From assembly GCA_964588335.1 (NCBI GenBank), contig CAZPOV010000008.1, positions 68,918 to 132,917 of the forward strand: 64,000 nucleotides of DNA, given 5' to 3'. Position 1 is the stretch's first letter; the number at the start of each line of letters is the position of its first letter. A program made the position numbers and the translations under genes. Below the pieces are notes generated by a model. The model was not told where the DNA came from. It saw only the letters and a list, made by a program, of their open reading frames with translations, and made no database searches. The DNA comes from an uncultured Pseudobdellovibrionaceae bacterium (GTDB lineage Bacteria > Bdellovibrionota > Bdellovibrionia > Bdellovibrionales > JAGQZY01). Positions 8,588 to 17,940 of the stretch are shown here, piece after piece.

Positions 8588-10293
8588 TTACGAAATCCTT
8601 GCACTCGTCGATTCAGCCTGATCCAACCGTGAAGTCTTATTATTGGGAGGGCACCAAGTATTATTACTTGCCCCTCTTTTCAAAGACCTTGATGAGCCCA
8701 GTTATCGAAACCGCCCTTGGTGCAAACAACCCGGTGGATCGAAATTGGCCTCAGATTCGCGAGTCTGTATTGAAAGCCACAGCCGGACACTACAGCCATA
8801 TAAAAATCCCGTTGGATCGAGTTCAAAATGAGGTCGTTAGCGAAATTGAAAATTATTTGGATATCGAAACAAACTTGGGATTGATTTACCAGGTTTGCAG
8901 CAGCTTCTTGTTTGATGATGAGTTCTACGCTTGGCTTAAAACCTTAGGCTCTGTGCGAATTGAGTGGATTCTCGATGAACGCAATAAAACAATCGATACA
9001 CGCTTACTTGAGATCTCAAAAGGCTTGGCAGAAAGCCATGTCAGCGTGGTGGTTCACCGTGATTTGGACTGGCGACAGGTTTTAGGTGGCTCGGTCTTCA
9101 AAAAATTCAAGACGATTCATCTGTATTTTAGTTACCAATTTGAATTGTCTAGTCCGTTTCTCAACTGTAAAGAAAGTCATAAAATTGTCGGGATGTTGCG
9201 AAAGAAATTCCCTCGTCATGAATTTTTACCACCGAAGGGTGTTGACCTTTGGGATCATCGCGCACGCTCTGACTTCGACATGGAACCTTTGGTCTTTCCT
9301 TGTTTTCAAACTCGAAGTCGCAACCCTGATTTGAAATACTCGGTGATTATTCCAACCTACAACAATCAAAACCATCTGCGAGTGGTTCTCAAACATCTTT
9401 ACAAGCAGAATGTCGGTTTGGATCAATTCGAAGTGATTGTTGTTGATGACGGCGGCACCGATCAAACTCAACCCCTAGTCATTGAGCTTCTCAATAGTTT
9501 TCCTGAACCCATGAATTTTAAGTACGTCTTCTTTCAAAGACACCGCAAAAGAGTGATGGGTGATTCTCAGTACCGAGCCGGAATTTCAAGAAATGTAGGT
9601 GTTAAAAATAGCGACGCAGAAATTCTTTGTTTTCTAGATTCCGATATCATTACGCCCGCAGATTATTTGCAAAAGGTAGGTGAGGGGCTGCAAGAGTATG
9701 ATGCTTTGCAGGCCAAACGCATCAACCTGAGCCAGTATGCTAGCAACCTGGATTTTGAATACGGTAGTGTCGATGAAGAAAAGGACTGCATACCCGATGA
9801 AAGTTACTGGGAAGAATTCATTGCCAACACCACGCAATGGGATCAGCTCCCTTATAATTGGAAATATGTCTGCACCCATAGTTTTTCATTACGCAAAGAC
9901 CTGTTTTGGAAAGTCGGTGGACTGAAGAAGAATTATATATTCTACGGATTTGAAGACACTGACTTGGGTTACCGTCTGGTTAAAGGCGGCTTCAGGCTGC
10001 ACCTTCTGGATGCGAAAGTCTATCATATGTTCCATGAGAACACTCGATCAGAGTTTATGAACTTGAAGTCGTTAAGACACAGTCTCCTGAGTCGTACTGC
10101 CCAAATTTTCTACCTCCATCATTTGGATGAGGATATTTTTGAAAACCTCTTGGGTTTTATGGAGCCTGAACCGACTTTCCAACGAGTGATCAATCGCATA
10201 TTTAAAACAATGAGTTTGCAATTTTTGTGGCGCCCTAGGCCCATGGTTTATCGAAGTGTCGGTCGGGCTGCTAAGGTGGCCTATGAAAATTGA
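8584..10293 (+). CDS. Two-domain protein: unknown N-terminal ~250 aa plus a C-terminal family 2 glycosyltransferase
   Basis: TTG start overlaps the upstream TGA (TTGA), with GGAGG 6 nt upstream. GT2 motifs YSVIIPTYNN, VIVVDDGGTDQT and FLDSDII sit in the C-terminal half. Confidence 0.8.
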   Translation: MITKSLHSSIQPDPTVKSYYWEGTKYYYLPLFSKTLMSPVIETALGANNPVDRNWPQIRESVLKATAGHYSHIKIPLDRVQNEVVSEIENYLDIETNLGLIYQVCSSFLFDDEFYAWLKTLGSVRIEWILDERNKTIDTRLLEISKGLAESHVSVVVHRDLDWRQVLGGSVFKKFKTIHLYFSYQFELSSPFLNCKESHKIVGMLRKKFPRHEFLPPKGVDLWDHRARSDFDMEPLVFPCFQTRSRNPDLKYSVIIPTYNNQNHLRVVLKHLYKQNVGLDQFEVIVVDDGGTDQTQPLVIELLNSFPEPMNFKYVFFQRHRKRVMGDSQYRAGISRNVGVKNSDAEILCFLDSDIITPADYLQKVGEGLQEYDALQAKRINLSQYASNLDFEYGSVDEEKDCIPDESYWEEFIANTTQWDQLPYNWKYVCTHSFSLRKDLFWKVGGLKKNYIFYGFEDTDLGYRLVKGGFRLHLLDAKVYHMFHENTRSEFMNLKSLRHSLLSRTAQIFYLHHLDEDIFENLLGFMEPEPTFQRVINRIFKTMSLQFLWRPRPMVYRSVGRAAKVAYEN

Positions 10294-11557
10294 CGATCTT
10301 AATGAATCAAAAACATTCTGTGTCTTGCCATTTATCCACGCCGCGACTTTGACGGATGGGCAAACGCCCCTGTGTTGCGTTTCTGAGGAGCGGTCCGGGG
10401 TCAACCTCAACAAAGGGACCATCGCCGACCACTGGAACAGTCGTTATATGAAAAACATCCGTCAACAGATGTTAAAAGGCAAGCCCGTAAAAGACTGTCG
10501 CCGTTGTTATGAGGAAGAGAAAAATGGTTACCGCAGCCATCGTGTTATCGAAAACAAAGCGTGGCGAGAGAAATTGGGCGAACAGGCCATCGAGGAAATT
10601 GTTGGTCGAGTCGAGGCCAGTGGGGAAACCAAACAAGGGGTTATCGCCATAGACTTGCGCTTGGGCAACACCTGTAACTTGCAATGTGTGATGTGCCAAC
10701 CTCGGGAAAGCTCAAAATGGAAGGGTGCCGGTCAAAAATTCCTGACCGAACTTCGCGACCATGGTTTAAAAAAAGAGTGGCGCTATAAAAATGACATAAA
10801 AGTCGAGCAGTTTGAATGGTACCGCAACGCCAAGTTCTGGGAGAATTTAAAAACCTTTTTGCCGACTCTTCGAGAAATCATCATTGGTGGCGGCGAACCG
10901 ATGCTGATCAAAGAGCATTTGAAATTTATAAAAGAAACCGCAGAATCGGGCGAGGCCAGTCACATCCATTTGCGTTACCATACCAATATGACTGTTTTTC
11001 CAGAGGAGATGGTGCCTTATTGGGAGAAATTCGAACGGGTTGAATTCTTTTCCAGCATAGATGGCATGGAAGATATCGGCCATTATGTCCGCTATCCTGC
11101 AAAATGGGATATTGTCGAAAAAAATATCCGTAAAATTGACAAGCTTGGCGACAATATCCTTTTGCGGCTTCTGTATAGTGTGAGTGCTATGAACGTGCAT
11201 CACTTACCCGACTTCATACGTTGGGTTCGCTCAGAAAATTTTAGCAAGTACGAGCATTTTTCCAGTATGCAAGCTTTTGTCCATCCGGGCTTGGTGCATT
11301 GGCCACAGTATTTGAATGTCAAAGTTTTACCCCAGGAATACAAACAGGCTGTAACAGAGGAGTTTGATCGACTCAGAGAAGAGCTTTCTGATGAGCCTTT
11401 TGACAAGTACGAGGGTATTGTCAATTTTATGAACTCCCAAGATTGGAGCGAAAAGCTGCCACAGTTTAATGATTACGTCAGAGTGTTGGATAAAACCAGG
11501 GGCACTGATTTTTACTCCGTCTTCCCGGATCTGAGCGAGTCGGTTTTAAGCGTTTGA
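10283..11557 (+). CDS. Radical SAM enzyme with an N-terminal SPASM/twitch-like Cys-rich domain (paralog 1)
   Basis: ATG at 10283 follows AAGGTGG. The N-terminal region reads FCVLPF…DGQTPLCC…WNS…CRRCY. The core has GNTCNLQCVMC (CX3CX2C) and IIGGGEPML. Confidence 0.85.
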   Translation: MKIDDLNESKTFCVLPFIHAATLTDGQTPLCCVSEERSGVNLNKGTIADHWNSRYMKNIRQQMLKGKPVKDCRRCYEEEKNGYRSHRVIENKAWREKLGEQAIEEIVGRVEASGETKQGVIAIDLRLGNTCNLQCVMCQPRESSKWKGAGQKFLTELRDHGLKKEWRYKNDIKVEQFEWYRNAKFWENLKTFLPTLREIIIGGGEPMLIKEHLKFIKETAESGEASHIHLRYHTNMTVFPEEMVPYWEKFERVEFFSSIDGMEDIGHYVRYPAKWDIVEKNIRKIDKLGDNILLRLLYSVSAMNVHHLPDFIRWVRSENFSKYEHFSSMQAFVHPGLVHWPQYLNVKVLPQEYKQAVTEEFDRLREELSDEPFDKYEGIVNFMNSQDWSEKLPQFNDYVRVLDKTRGTDFYSVFPDLSESVLSV

Positions 11558-11567
11558 GAGAGATGAA

Positions 11568-12953
11568 ATGAAAGAATATTCGAAGACATTTTGTGTTTAC
11601 CCATGGATTCAGCAGCAAACGACGCCAACCGGGAAAATTAATTTCTGTTGTATCTCAATGCACACTTTTGTGCCGCGTGAAGATGGCAAGCCCATGATGC
11701 TTGATAAAGAGACGTTTAAAGATGCTTGGAACTCTGGCTACATGAAAGATATCCGCAAAAAAATGGTTAACGGTGAAGCTGTTACCGGGTGTGAAACCTG
11801 TTACGAGCAAGAAAAGGTCGGTAAACGCAGCTATCGTCAAGCCCACAACGAGGAATGGTCGAAGAAATTGGGAGCCAGAAAAATCGAATCCTTAGTCAAT
11901 CGATCCATCGACAACGATTTTTTTGTCGACCAGCCGCCGGCTTACCTGGATCTGCGATTAGGAAACCTGTGCAATTTAAAGTGCCGGATGTGCAATCCCT
12001 ATAATAGTGTTCAGATTCAAAAAGAATGGGAAAAGTTGGATAAGAAGTCTGACAATCAGTATTCCAAGTTTTGGAACAAGTATGGTTTGGAGTTTGGAAC
12101 CTGTACCCCCTGGTATGAGAGTGATCAATTTTGGACCGGTGTCGAGGAGAACATCCCGTATTTGAAAAAAGTCTATATGACTGGTGGTGAGCCGACCCTG
12201 ATTGAGGGTAACTATCGGTTTTTAAATAAATGCCGCGAAATGGGCTACGCCAATAAGATTGAACTCTTTTTCAATATCAATTTTACCAATTTAAAAGATG
12301 ATTTCATTGCGCAACTGAACGATTTTCATTGGGCCAGTGTGAATGCAAGTCTTGATGGCTACGGCATCGTTAATGAGTACATTCGTGCCCCGAGCCGCTG
12401 GGATGTAATCGATAAGAATTTTAGGAAATTGGCTAAGCAGGGTGGGCGTCGAGTGGCGCTTGGTATCAGTCCCGTCATTCAGATTTACAATATTTTAAAT
12501 ATCGTCGATCTGCTGGAGTACGCGGAAGAGGTTATGGAAGAGTTTAATCGCGATATTATTATCGATTTTCTTTTCTGTTTGCATCCGGACTTCCTTGATA
12601 TCATCCACTTACCGGACAATATAAAAATAGAAGCTTTGGCTCGTCTTGAGGAATTCAAGATGTCGTCCCAGACCTATGCAAAGAAAACCGACAAATCTTT
12701 CTTTTTGAGAAATGGTGTGGACAGCACGATCACGCGTCTTGAAAAATCAATGGGGCAGGAAAACCCAGAAATGATTAAAGACTTTATCCGCTACAGTCGA
12801 ACCCTGGATCAAGAGCGCCGCCAAAGCATGCGTGACTGTCTCCCAGAGTTGGTCTTTCTCTTGGAAGAGGCGGGCTACAGCTATGACGACCAACCATCTA
12901 TGGTGGAGATGGCGGGGCAAGCCAAGGAGGTTGAGAGTGTCAGACACCCATAA
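11568..12953 (+). CDS. Radical SAM enzyme with an N-terminal SPASM/twitch-like Cys-rich domain (paralog 2)
   Basis: Same layout as paralog 1: FCVYPW…INFCC…WNS…CETCY, then GNLCNLKCRMC and MTGGEPTL. Confidence 0.85.
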   Translation: MKEYSKTFCVYPWIQQQTTPTGKINFCCISMHTFVPREDGKPMMLDKETFKDAWNSGYMKDIRKKMVNGEAVTGCETCYEQEKVGKRSYRQAHNEEWSKKLGARKIESLVNRSIDNDFFVDQPPAYLDLRLGNLCNLKCRMCNPYNSVQIQKEWEKLDKKSDNQYSKFWNKYGLEFGTCTPWYESDQFWTGVEENIPYLKKVYMTGGEPTLIEGNYRFLNKCREMGYANKIELFFNINFTNLKDDFIAQLNDFHWASVNASLDGYGIVNEYIRAPSRWDVIDKNFRKLAKQGGRRVALGISPVIQIYNILNIVDLLEYAEEVMEEFNRDIIIDFLFCLHPDFLDIIHLPDNIKIEALARLEEFKMSSQTYAKKTDKSFFLRNGVDSTITRLEKSMGQENPEMIKDFIRYSRTLDQERRQSMRDCLPELVFLLEEAGYSYDDQPSMVEMAGQAKEVESVRHP

Positions 12954-13962
12954 GTCGATCACTTTGGTCAATTATGAGGGCGATGCTCTGGCCCTTTCAG
13001 CCGAAGAGGCCATGATTAAAAAATACAACTCTTGGCAAGGGTGGCAATGCTCGGCAGGGGCCGAAAATGTTTTTATTGATGCCGATGGATACGTCTACGT
13101 GGCGGCTTGCAAAGTCAAAGGCAAACAGGGTAACGTTTTTCAAAATCAATGGGAGCTGGATGAGCAGTGGACGACGTGTCCTGCCAAATGGTGCATGTGT
13201 GGCCAGGATATGCAGTTGCGGAAGGTTCGCGATGAATCCTTCTTTTCCCTTCTCGATTATCCACCGGCAAGTAACGTCGACGAGATGGACCGTGTCGATT
13301 GGGTTGTCCCCCATTACTACCACGGCTTTGTGACGCATCCGCGATTTGTGACTTGGGACCTGGGGCGCCGCTGCAACTACTCTTGTAGCTATTGTCATCC
13401 CCTGATTTCCAATCAAACGGATCCGCTGCGCACCGAGGACGAGTTGATGGCTGCGGTCGACCTTATCGAAAAGCGCTTCACCAAAAACAATAAGGCCAAA
13501 TGGATTTTTACGGGCGGGGAACCGACAATCATTCCCTCCTACATGAAAATGATAAAAAGCCTTCGCGGTAAGGGGCATGACCTGCATACTCAGACCAACG
13601 GTAGTCGAAATCCCGATTATCATCGCGAATTGATTGGTTACAGTTTTGTTGGCGTCAGCGTTCATCTTGAGTTTGCCAATGACGATCGATTGTTAAAAAA
13701 CTTCGAAGCCATCATTGATGAAAAACATAAAAACAAAACGGCTGGTTATAACTGGTTCGGCGTTCGGATCATGGTGGGCCCTGGCAATCTTCAGCGGGCC
13801 TTAGAATTAAAGACACGAACCCAGGGTATCAAACACTTCAGTAAACATGGACATATTACTTTGAGTCCTCTTTACGAAAACAATACCACGGACCCAACTC
13901 ACCATGGCCGAATGCTGACTTACGACCCGGAAGAGTTCAAACAAATCCTATCCCACGCCTAA
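12937..13962 (+). CDS. Radical SAM enzyme with an N-terminal Cys-rich domain (paralog 3, divergent)
   Basis: GTG at 12937 lies 6 nt after AGGAGG, and the 12832 ORF start is an overlap artefact. The N-terminal region reads WQCSAG…IDADGYVYVAAC…GN…CPAKWCMC. The core has GRRCNYSCSYC and FTGGEPTI. Confidence 0.8.
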   Translation: MSDTHKSITLVNYEGDALALSAEEAMIKKYNSWQGWQCSAGAENVFIDADGYVYVAACKVKGKQGNVFQNQWELDEQWTTCPAKWCMCGQDMQLRKVRDESFFSLLDYPPASNVDEMDRVDWVVPHYYHGFVTHPRFVTWDLGRRCNYSCSYCHPLISNQTDPLRTEDELMAAVDLIEKRFTKNNKAKWIFTGGEPTIIPSYMKMIKSLRGKGHDLHTQTNGSRNPDYHRELIGYSFVGVSVHLEFANDDRLLKNFEAIIDEKHKNKTAGYNWFGVRIMVGPGNLQRALELKTRTQGIKHFSKHGHITLSPLYENNTTDPTHHGRMLTYDPEEFKQILSHA

Positions 13963-14110
13963 AACAACCGCCGCACCATATACCCAGAAGGTGCCAGGCA
14001 CGTTTCGGGTAAAACAAACGCCGCACCATATACCCAGAAGGTGCCAGGCACGTTTCGGGTAAAACAAACGCCGCACCATATACCCAGAAGGTGCCAGGCA
14101 CGTTGCGGGT
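13961..14110. repeat. Tandem direct repeat, 3 copies of a 50-bp unit
   Basis: The unit is aaaacaaacgccgcaccatatacccagaaggtgccaggcacgtttcgggt, at 13961-14010, 14011-14060 and 14061-14110. Copy 1 has one substitution (13968), and so does copy 3 (14105). The repeat starts inside the stop codon of the last radical-SAM gene. Confidence 0.95.
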
Positions 14111-14303
14111 ACACGGTGCGGCACGGTTCTGTGGTTAAGAGTCGTTTCTTAGCTTTCTTACCTCGACATATTTTGATAGGTGGTTATGATAAAATCTACT
14201 GTCTCGATCTTCGCTTATTGCCTCTATAAATATTTTCAGGGTTTTTATTCTCAACATATTTAAATACTATCAGTCCTTGAGTTCGCAACACTGTGGCTCA
14301 GTT

Positions 14304-15524
14304 ATGACGGGTGAAAATTTGGAAACGCAACGACTGGAATCGAATGTTCAAAAAGTTTTCTGGCTGAATGGCTCCTTTAGCTTCATGGTCTTGATGCCCA
14401 TCATCGTGCCGTTTTTCCAGAGTCGTGGATTGGATATGAGAAACGTCTACGAGCTGCAGGCGATTTTCGCCGGTTGTGTGCTTTTACTTGAGGTTCCATC
14501 CGGGTACTTTTCTGATCTGGTGGGGCGTAAGGGAACTCTAATTATTGCGTCTTTATTTCATTGCTTGGGATTTTTAGTTATGGCCTTGGCGCCTGGTTAT
14601 GCCGAATTGGTGGTGTCCGAGGTTCTGTTGGCATTAGCGATCAGTTTATTTTCAGGCACCGACCTGTCGTTGCTGTACGACTCCTTAGAGGCTTTGGGTA
14701 GTAAAAAAGCGACCATAAAAATAGTCGGGAGAACTGTTTTTTTTCGCAACACAGGGGAAAGTTTTGCCGGACTCTTGGGAGGTTGGCTTTTGCTATGGCA
14801 TTTCGAAGCGCCAGCCATTGCGCAAGCGGCTGTCGGTTTGCTGCCCCTGTGTATTTCGCTCACTCTTTACGAGCCGCCTCGCAAAAAAATGTCGGCCAAA
14901 GAACACCGAGAGAACTTGCAGTACATTTGGAAGGCTTTGTTCGGACACTCTAATTTACTGACACTGATAATCTTAACGGGTGTGTTTTATAGTTTTGTCA
15001 CGTTGGCAGCGGTGTGGATGTTTCAAGAGTATTGGCAGACACTGGGTGTGAGTCTTACCCTGTTCGGGTACTTGTGGTTTGCAATTAATATTGCGGTGGC
15101 AATCACCGGACGGTTTGCCCACAAAATTGAAAAAGTACTGGGCAGTGAGGGGGTGTTGTTGCTTATGGGGACCCTGCCTGTTCTGGGTTTTTTAGGAATG
15201 GGTTTTGTCGGCAGTCTATGGGGACTTTTGTTCTGCTTTTGCTTTCAAGTTTGTCGAGGATTGACGTCCGTGGTGATGCCCGATGCCCTTAATAAAAGAG
15301 TGGCTGGGGATATGCGTGCCACCGCCAACTCGATAATGAGCTTAGGGACACGAATACTGATGGTTGGGCTCGGCCCCGTCATAGGAGCTGTGATTGACCG
15401 CCAAGGGCTGCCCACGGCCATGACCAGTCTGGGTTATTTGTATGTCGGTGTATTTTTTGTTCTCTTGTTGCCACTCCTGGCTTTGAGAAAACAATTTGAT
15501 CCGATTCCCCGTCGTTCATCATGA
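14304..15524 (+). CDS. MFS-type transporter
   Basis: About 12 hydrophobic segments and an MFS loop motif (GYFSDLVGRKG). The start is uncertain: ATG at 14304 or TTG at 14277. Confidence 0.8.
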   Translation: MTGENLETQRLESNVQKVFWLNGSFSFMVLMPIIVPFFQSRGLDMRNVYELQAIFAGCVLLLEVPSGYFSDLVGRKGTLIIASLFHCLGFLVMALAPGYAELVVSEVLLALAISLFSGTDLSLLYDSLEALGSKKATIKIVGRTVFFRNTGESFAGLLGGWLLLWHFEAPAIAQAAVGLLPLCISLTLYEPPRKKMSAKEHRENLQYIWKALFGHSNLLTLIILTGVFYSFVTLAAVWMFQEYWQTLGVSLTLFGYLWFAINIAVAITGRFAHKIEKVLGSEGVLLLMGTLPVLGFLGMGFVGSLWGLLFCFCFQVCRGLTSVVMPDALNKRVAGDMRATANSIMSLGTRILMVGLGPVIGAVIDRQGLPTAMTSLGYLYVGVFFVLLLPLLALRKQFDPIPRRSS

Positions 15525-15585
15525 GAAGAAGGTTCATTAGTCAAGAGGCCGACTGCCTCGATGTCGGGGATTTTTAGTTTTCATG

Positions 15586-16674
15586 TTATCCAAGAATTCC
15601 GGTGGACACATCTTGCTTTTCAGGGCGCCCTTGGTACATGGAAGTGAGCTGGCCACAGGCTGCAAAGATATCGCGCCCCATGGTCTTACGAATCGTCACA
15701 TGAAATCCCTTGTCGAGAAGGTAACGCTGGAAATTGAAGACACGGCTGCGAGGCGGCCGTTGGTAGCCGGCGTCCGGGTGTTCGTTGAAAGGAATCAAAT
15801 TTATTTTACAAGGAACCGTTCGCAATAACTTGGCCACTTGTTTGGCGTGATCGATGTGATCGGTAACATCCTTAAGCATGACATATTCAAATGTCACTCG
15901 ATCGTTGGTCGCTTCAGCGTGGGCGCGGCTGGCTTCGATAAGTTCGCTTAAAGGATACTTGCGATTGATCGGCATAATTTCATTGCGGACCTCATCATTA
16001 GGAGCATTGAGGCTGACTGCTAAGCGTGTTCCCGATTGCGTGATCAATGGAATTTGCGGCACCAATCCAGAAGTTGAGACGGTGATTTTTTTTCTTCCAA
16101 TGTTGAGGCCGAAATCCGATTTGAAAATATCAATGGCATCAAAAACAGCCTCAGTATTGTCGAGAGGCTCACCCATGCCCATGAAAACAATATTGCTGAT
16201 ACGAGTGTCGTTCATATCCATTTTAACTTGCAGGAACTGACCAACGATTTCACCAGCGGTGAGTCGACGCTTCAATTTTTGTTTTCCTGTGAAGCAAAAT
16301 TTGCAAGCTAAGTTACAGCCCACTTCAGAGGATAAACACAAAGTGGTGCGTTCCCCAGAGGGAATCATCACGGCTTCAACGGTTTGCCCTTCACCAATAT
16401 CAAACAAATATTTTCGGGTGCCATCGACGCTGACTCTTCGGTCCACCATTTTCGGAAGTTCAAAGCTGAAGCGATTCCACAAGGCGTGACGAAAATCTTT
16501 CGAAAGATTTGTCATCAGTTCAGGATTGGTCACCTGTTTTTCGTACACCCACTTGAAGAGCTGTTGAGCACGAAACTTTTCTTTCCCCAGGCCCACAAGA
16601 ACCTTTTCTAGCTTCGCTAGAGGGTAGGAGTAAAAATCAAAAACTTCAGCGTTTTCCATGGTTTCAGGTACCAT
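15586..16674 (-). CDS. rlmN: 23S rRNA/tRNA (adenine-C2)-methyltransferase, radical SAM
   Basis: Motifs FRAQQLFKWVY, VGCNLACKFCFTG, NIVFMGMGEPLDN, ITVSTSG and a C-terminal CGQL. Confidence 0.9.
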   Translation of the reverse strand: MVPETMENAEVFDFYSYPLAKLEKVLVGLGKEKFRAQQLFKWVYEKQVTNPELMTNLSKDFRHALWNRFSFELPKMVDRRVSVDGTRKYLFDIGEGQTVEAVMIPSGERTTLCLSSEVGCNLACKFCFTGKQKLKRRLTAGEIVGQFLQVKMDMNDTRISNIVFMGMGEPLDNTEAVFDAIDIFKSDFGLNIGRKKITVSTSGLVPQIPLITQSGTRLAVSLNAPNDEVRNEIMPINRKYPLSELIEASRAHAEATNDRVTFEYVMLKDVTDHIDHAKQVAKLLRTVPCKINLIPFNEHPDAGYQRPPRSRVFNFQRYLLDKGFHVTIRKTMGRDIFAACGQLTSMYQGRPEKQDVSTGILG

Positions 16675-16788
16675 AAATGAGGCAGGTAAGCCATCCCACC
16701 CTATAAAAAGGTAATGATTGTGCGAATTCTAACAGTCCGGAAATGGTGGCGAGAGTGGCTTGGCTCTCAATGTGGCGTCAGACGGCGT

Positions 16789-17790
16789 TTAGTGGCTTTC
16801 CAGATACTCTTGTAGCTCTTTGAGCGTGCAGGCGACAGCACCCACATGTCCGACCACCACTCCAGCGGCCATGTTGGCCAGAAACGCGGTTTTCTTAAGG
16901 TCCCAGTCGGCGGCCATACCCAGAGAAAAGGCGGCAATCACTGTGTCGCCAGCGCCGGTCACATCAAATACATTGCGGGCGAAGGTGGGAAGGTGGCTAA
17001 TCTCTGAGCCTTCAAAAACTTTGACCCCTTCAGCTCCAAGAGTGATCACCATGCGTGGTGATTGAATTTGCTGCATGAGTGCGGAGCCAATTTTGTCCAC
17101 ATCTTGCCAGATTTCAGGCTGAGGAATTTGTTTTGCTAACTCCATGGCTTCGTCGCGATTGGGGGTCATAAACTCAGCCCCCTTGTAATAGCTTAGTGGG
17201 GTTGAGCGGTAGGGATCGACCAAAACCTTTTTGCCATGTTTCTTAGCTAATCCAATAATCCACTGCGCCGACTCGGATCCAATTTGACCTTTGGCGTAGT
17301 CTTGGATGATGACGGCATCGCACTCGGCGATACCGCTTTCCACTGCTTTGGCGTAATTGTTTAAAGTGGCTTGGGCCACAGCGTTGCGAGTTTCGAAGTC
17401 GACTCGAACAACGTGGTGCTGTCCGGACATCACCCGAAGTTTGGTGGTGGTTTTTCGACTAGCGTCGGTCATCAAGTGATCGGTAGGGATGTCGTTCTCT
17501 TGTAAAAGCTCTTTTAAATGAGAGGCGTTAGCGTCGTCTCCAACCAGGGAAAACAACCAGGGCTCACCACCGAGAGAGCGCACATTGGCTGCCACGTTTC
17601 CAGAAAGCCCAAGTTTCTTTGTTGATTCTTTAACATCCACCACCGGCACCGGAGCCTCGGGACTGATGCGAGTCACGTCACCACGCACGTACTCATCGAT
17701 TCCGATGTCGCCGAAAATGAAGATTTTGCGACCCTTCAGTTGGCTGACATCTTGGCTTAATTGACGGCTCAAATCCTTTAAATTCGACAT
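16789..17790 (-). CDS. hldA: D-glycero-beta-D-manno-heptose-7-phosphate kinase (RfaE domain I type, PfkB family)
   Basis: Motifs FGDIGIDEYVRGDVTRISPEAPVPVV and DVTGAGDTVIAAF. At 333 aa this is the kinase domain only. Confidence 0.8.
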   Translation of the reverse strand: MSNLKDLSRQLSQDVSQLKGRKIFIFGDIGIDEYVRGDVTRISPEAPVPVVDVKESTKKLGLSGNVAANVRSLGGEPWLFSLVGDDANASHLKELLQENDIPTDHLMTDASRKTTTKLRVMSGQHHVVRVDFETRNAVAQATLNNYAKAVESGIAECDAVIIQDYAKGQIGSESAQWIIGLAKKHGKKVLVDPYRSTPLSYYKGAEFMTPNRDEAMELAKQIPQPEIWQDVDKIGSALMQQIQSPRMVITLGAEGVKVFEGSEISHLPTFARNVFDVTGAGDTVIAAFSLGMAADWDLKKTAFLANMAAGVVVGHVGAVACTLKELQEYLESH

Positions 17791-17940
17791 AAGGTCTGTA
17801 TAGCTTTTTCAGGCTTTAAATGCGAAGAAATATCTGGATAATTTGAATGACGCGTAATAGATACTCTGCGCAATCGGTTGAGATCGACAGGGGCCGGGGT
17901 AATGTTGTACTAGGATCGTCAATATAAATATAGGCCGGTC

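Noticed and set aside
12832-12936. Upstream extension of the third radical-SAM ORF (W/R-rich)
   Set aside because: It lies entirely within the 3' end of the preceding gene in another frame. GTG at 12937 has an AGGAGG RBS.
13961-14229. CRISPR array or coding ORF (62 aa at 14041-14229) in the 50-bp repeats
   Set aside because: The repeats are directly abutting with no spacers, and no cas genes are present. The unit length is not divisible by 3, so each copy would be read in a different frame.
15545-15585. Possible terminator between the MFS gene and rlmN
   Set aside because: The stems are only 5 bp (GAGGC/GCCTC or CCGAC/GTCGG), and the T-run is separated from the stem. This is not convincing on either strand.
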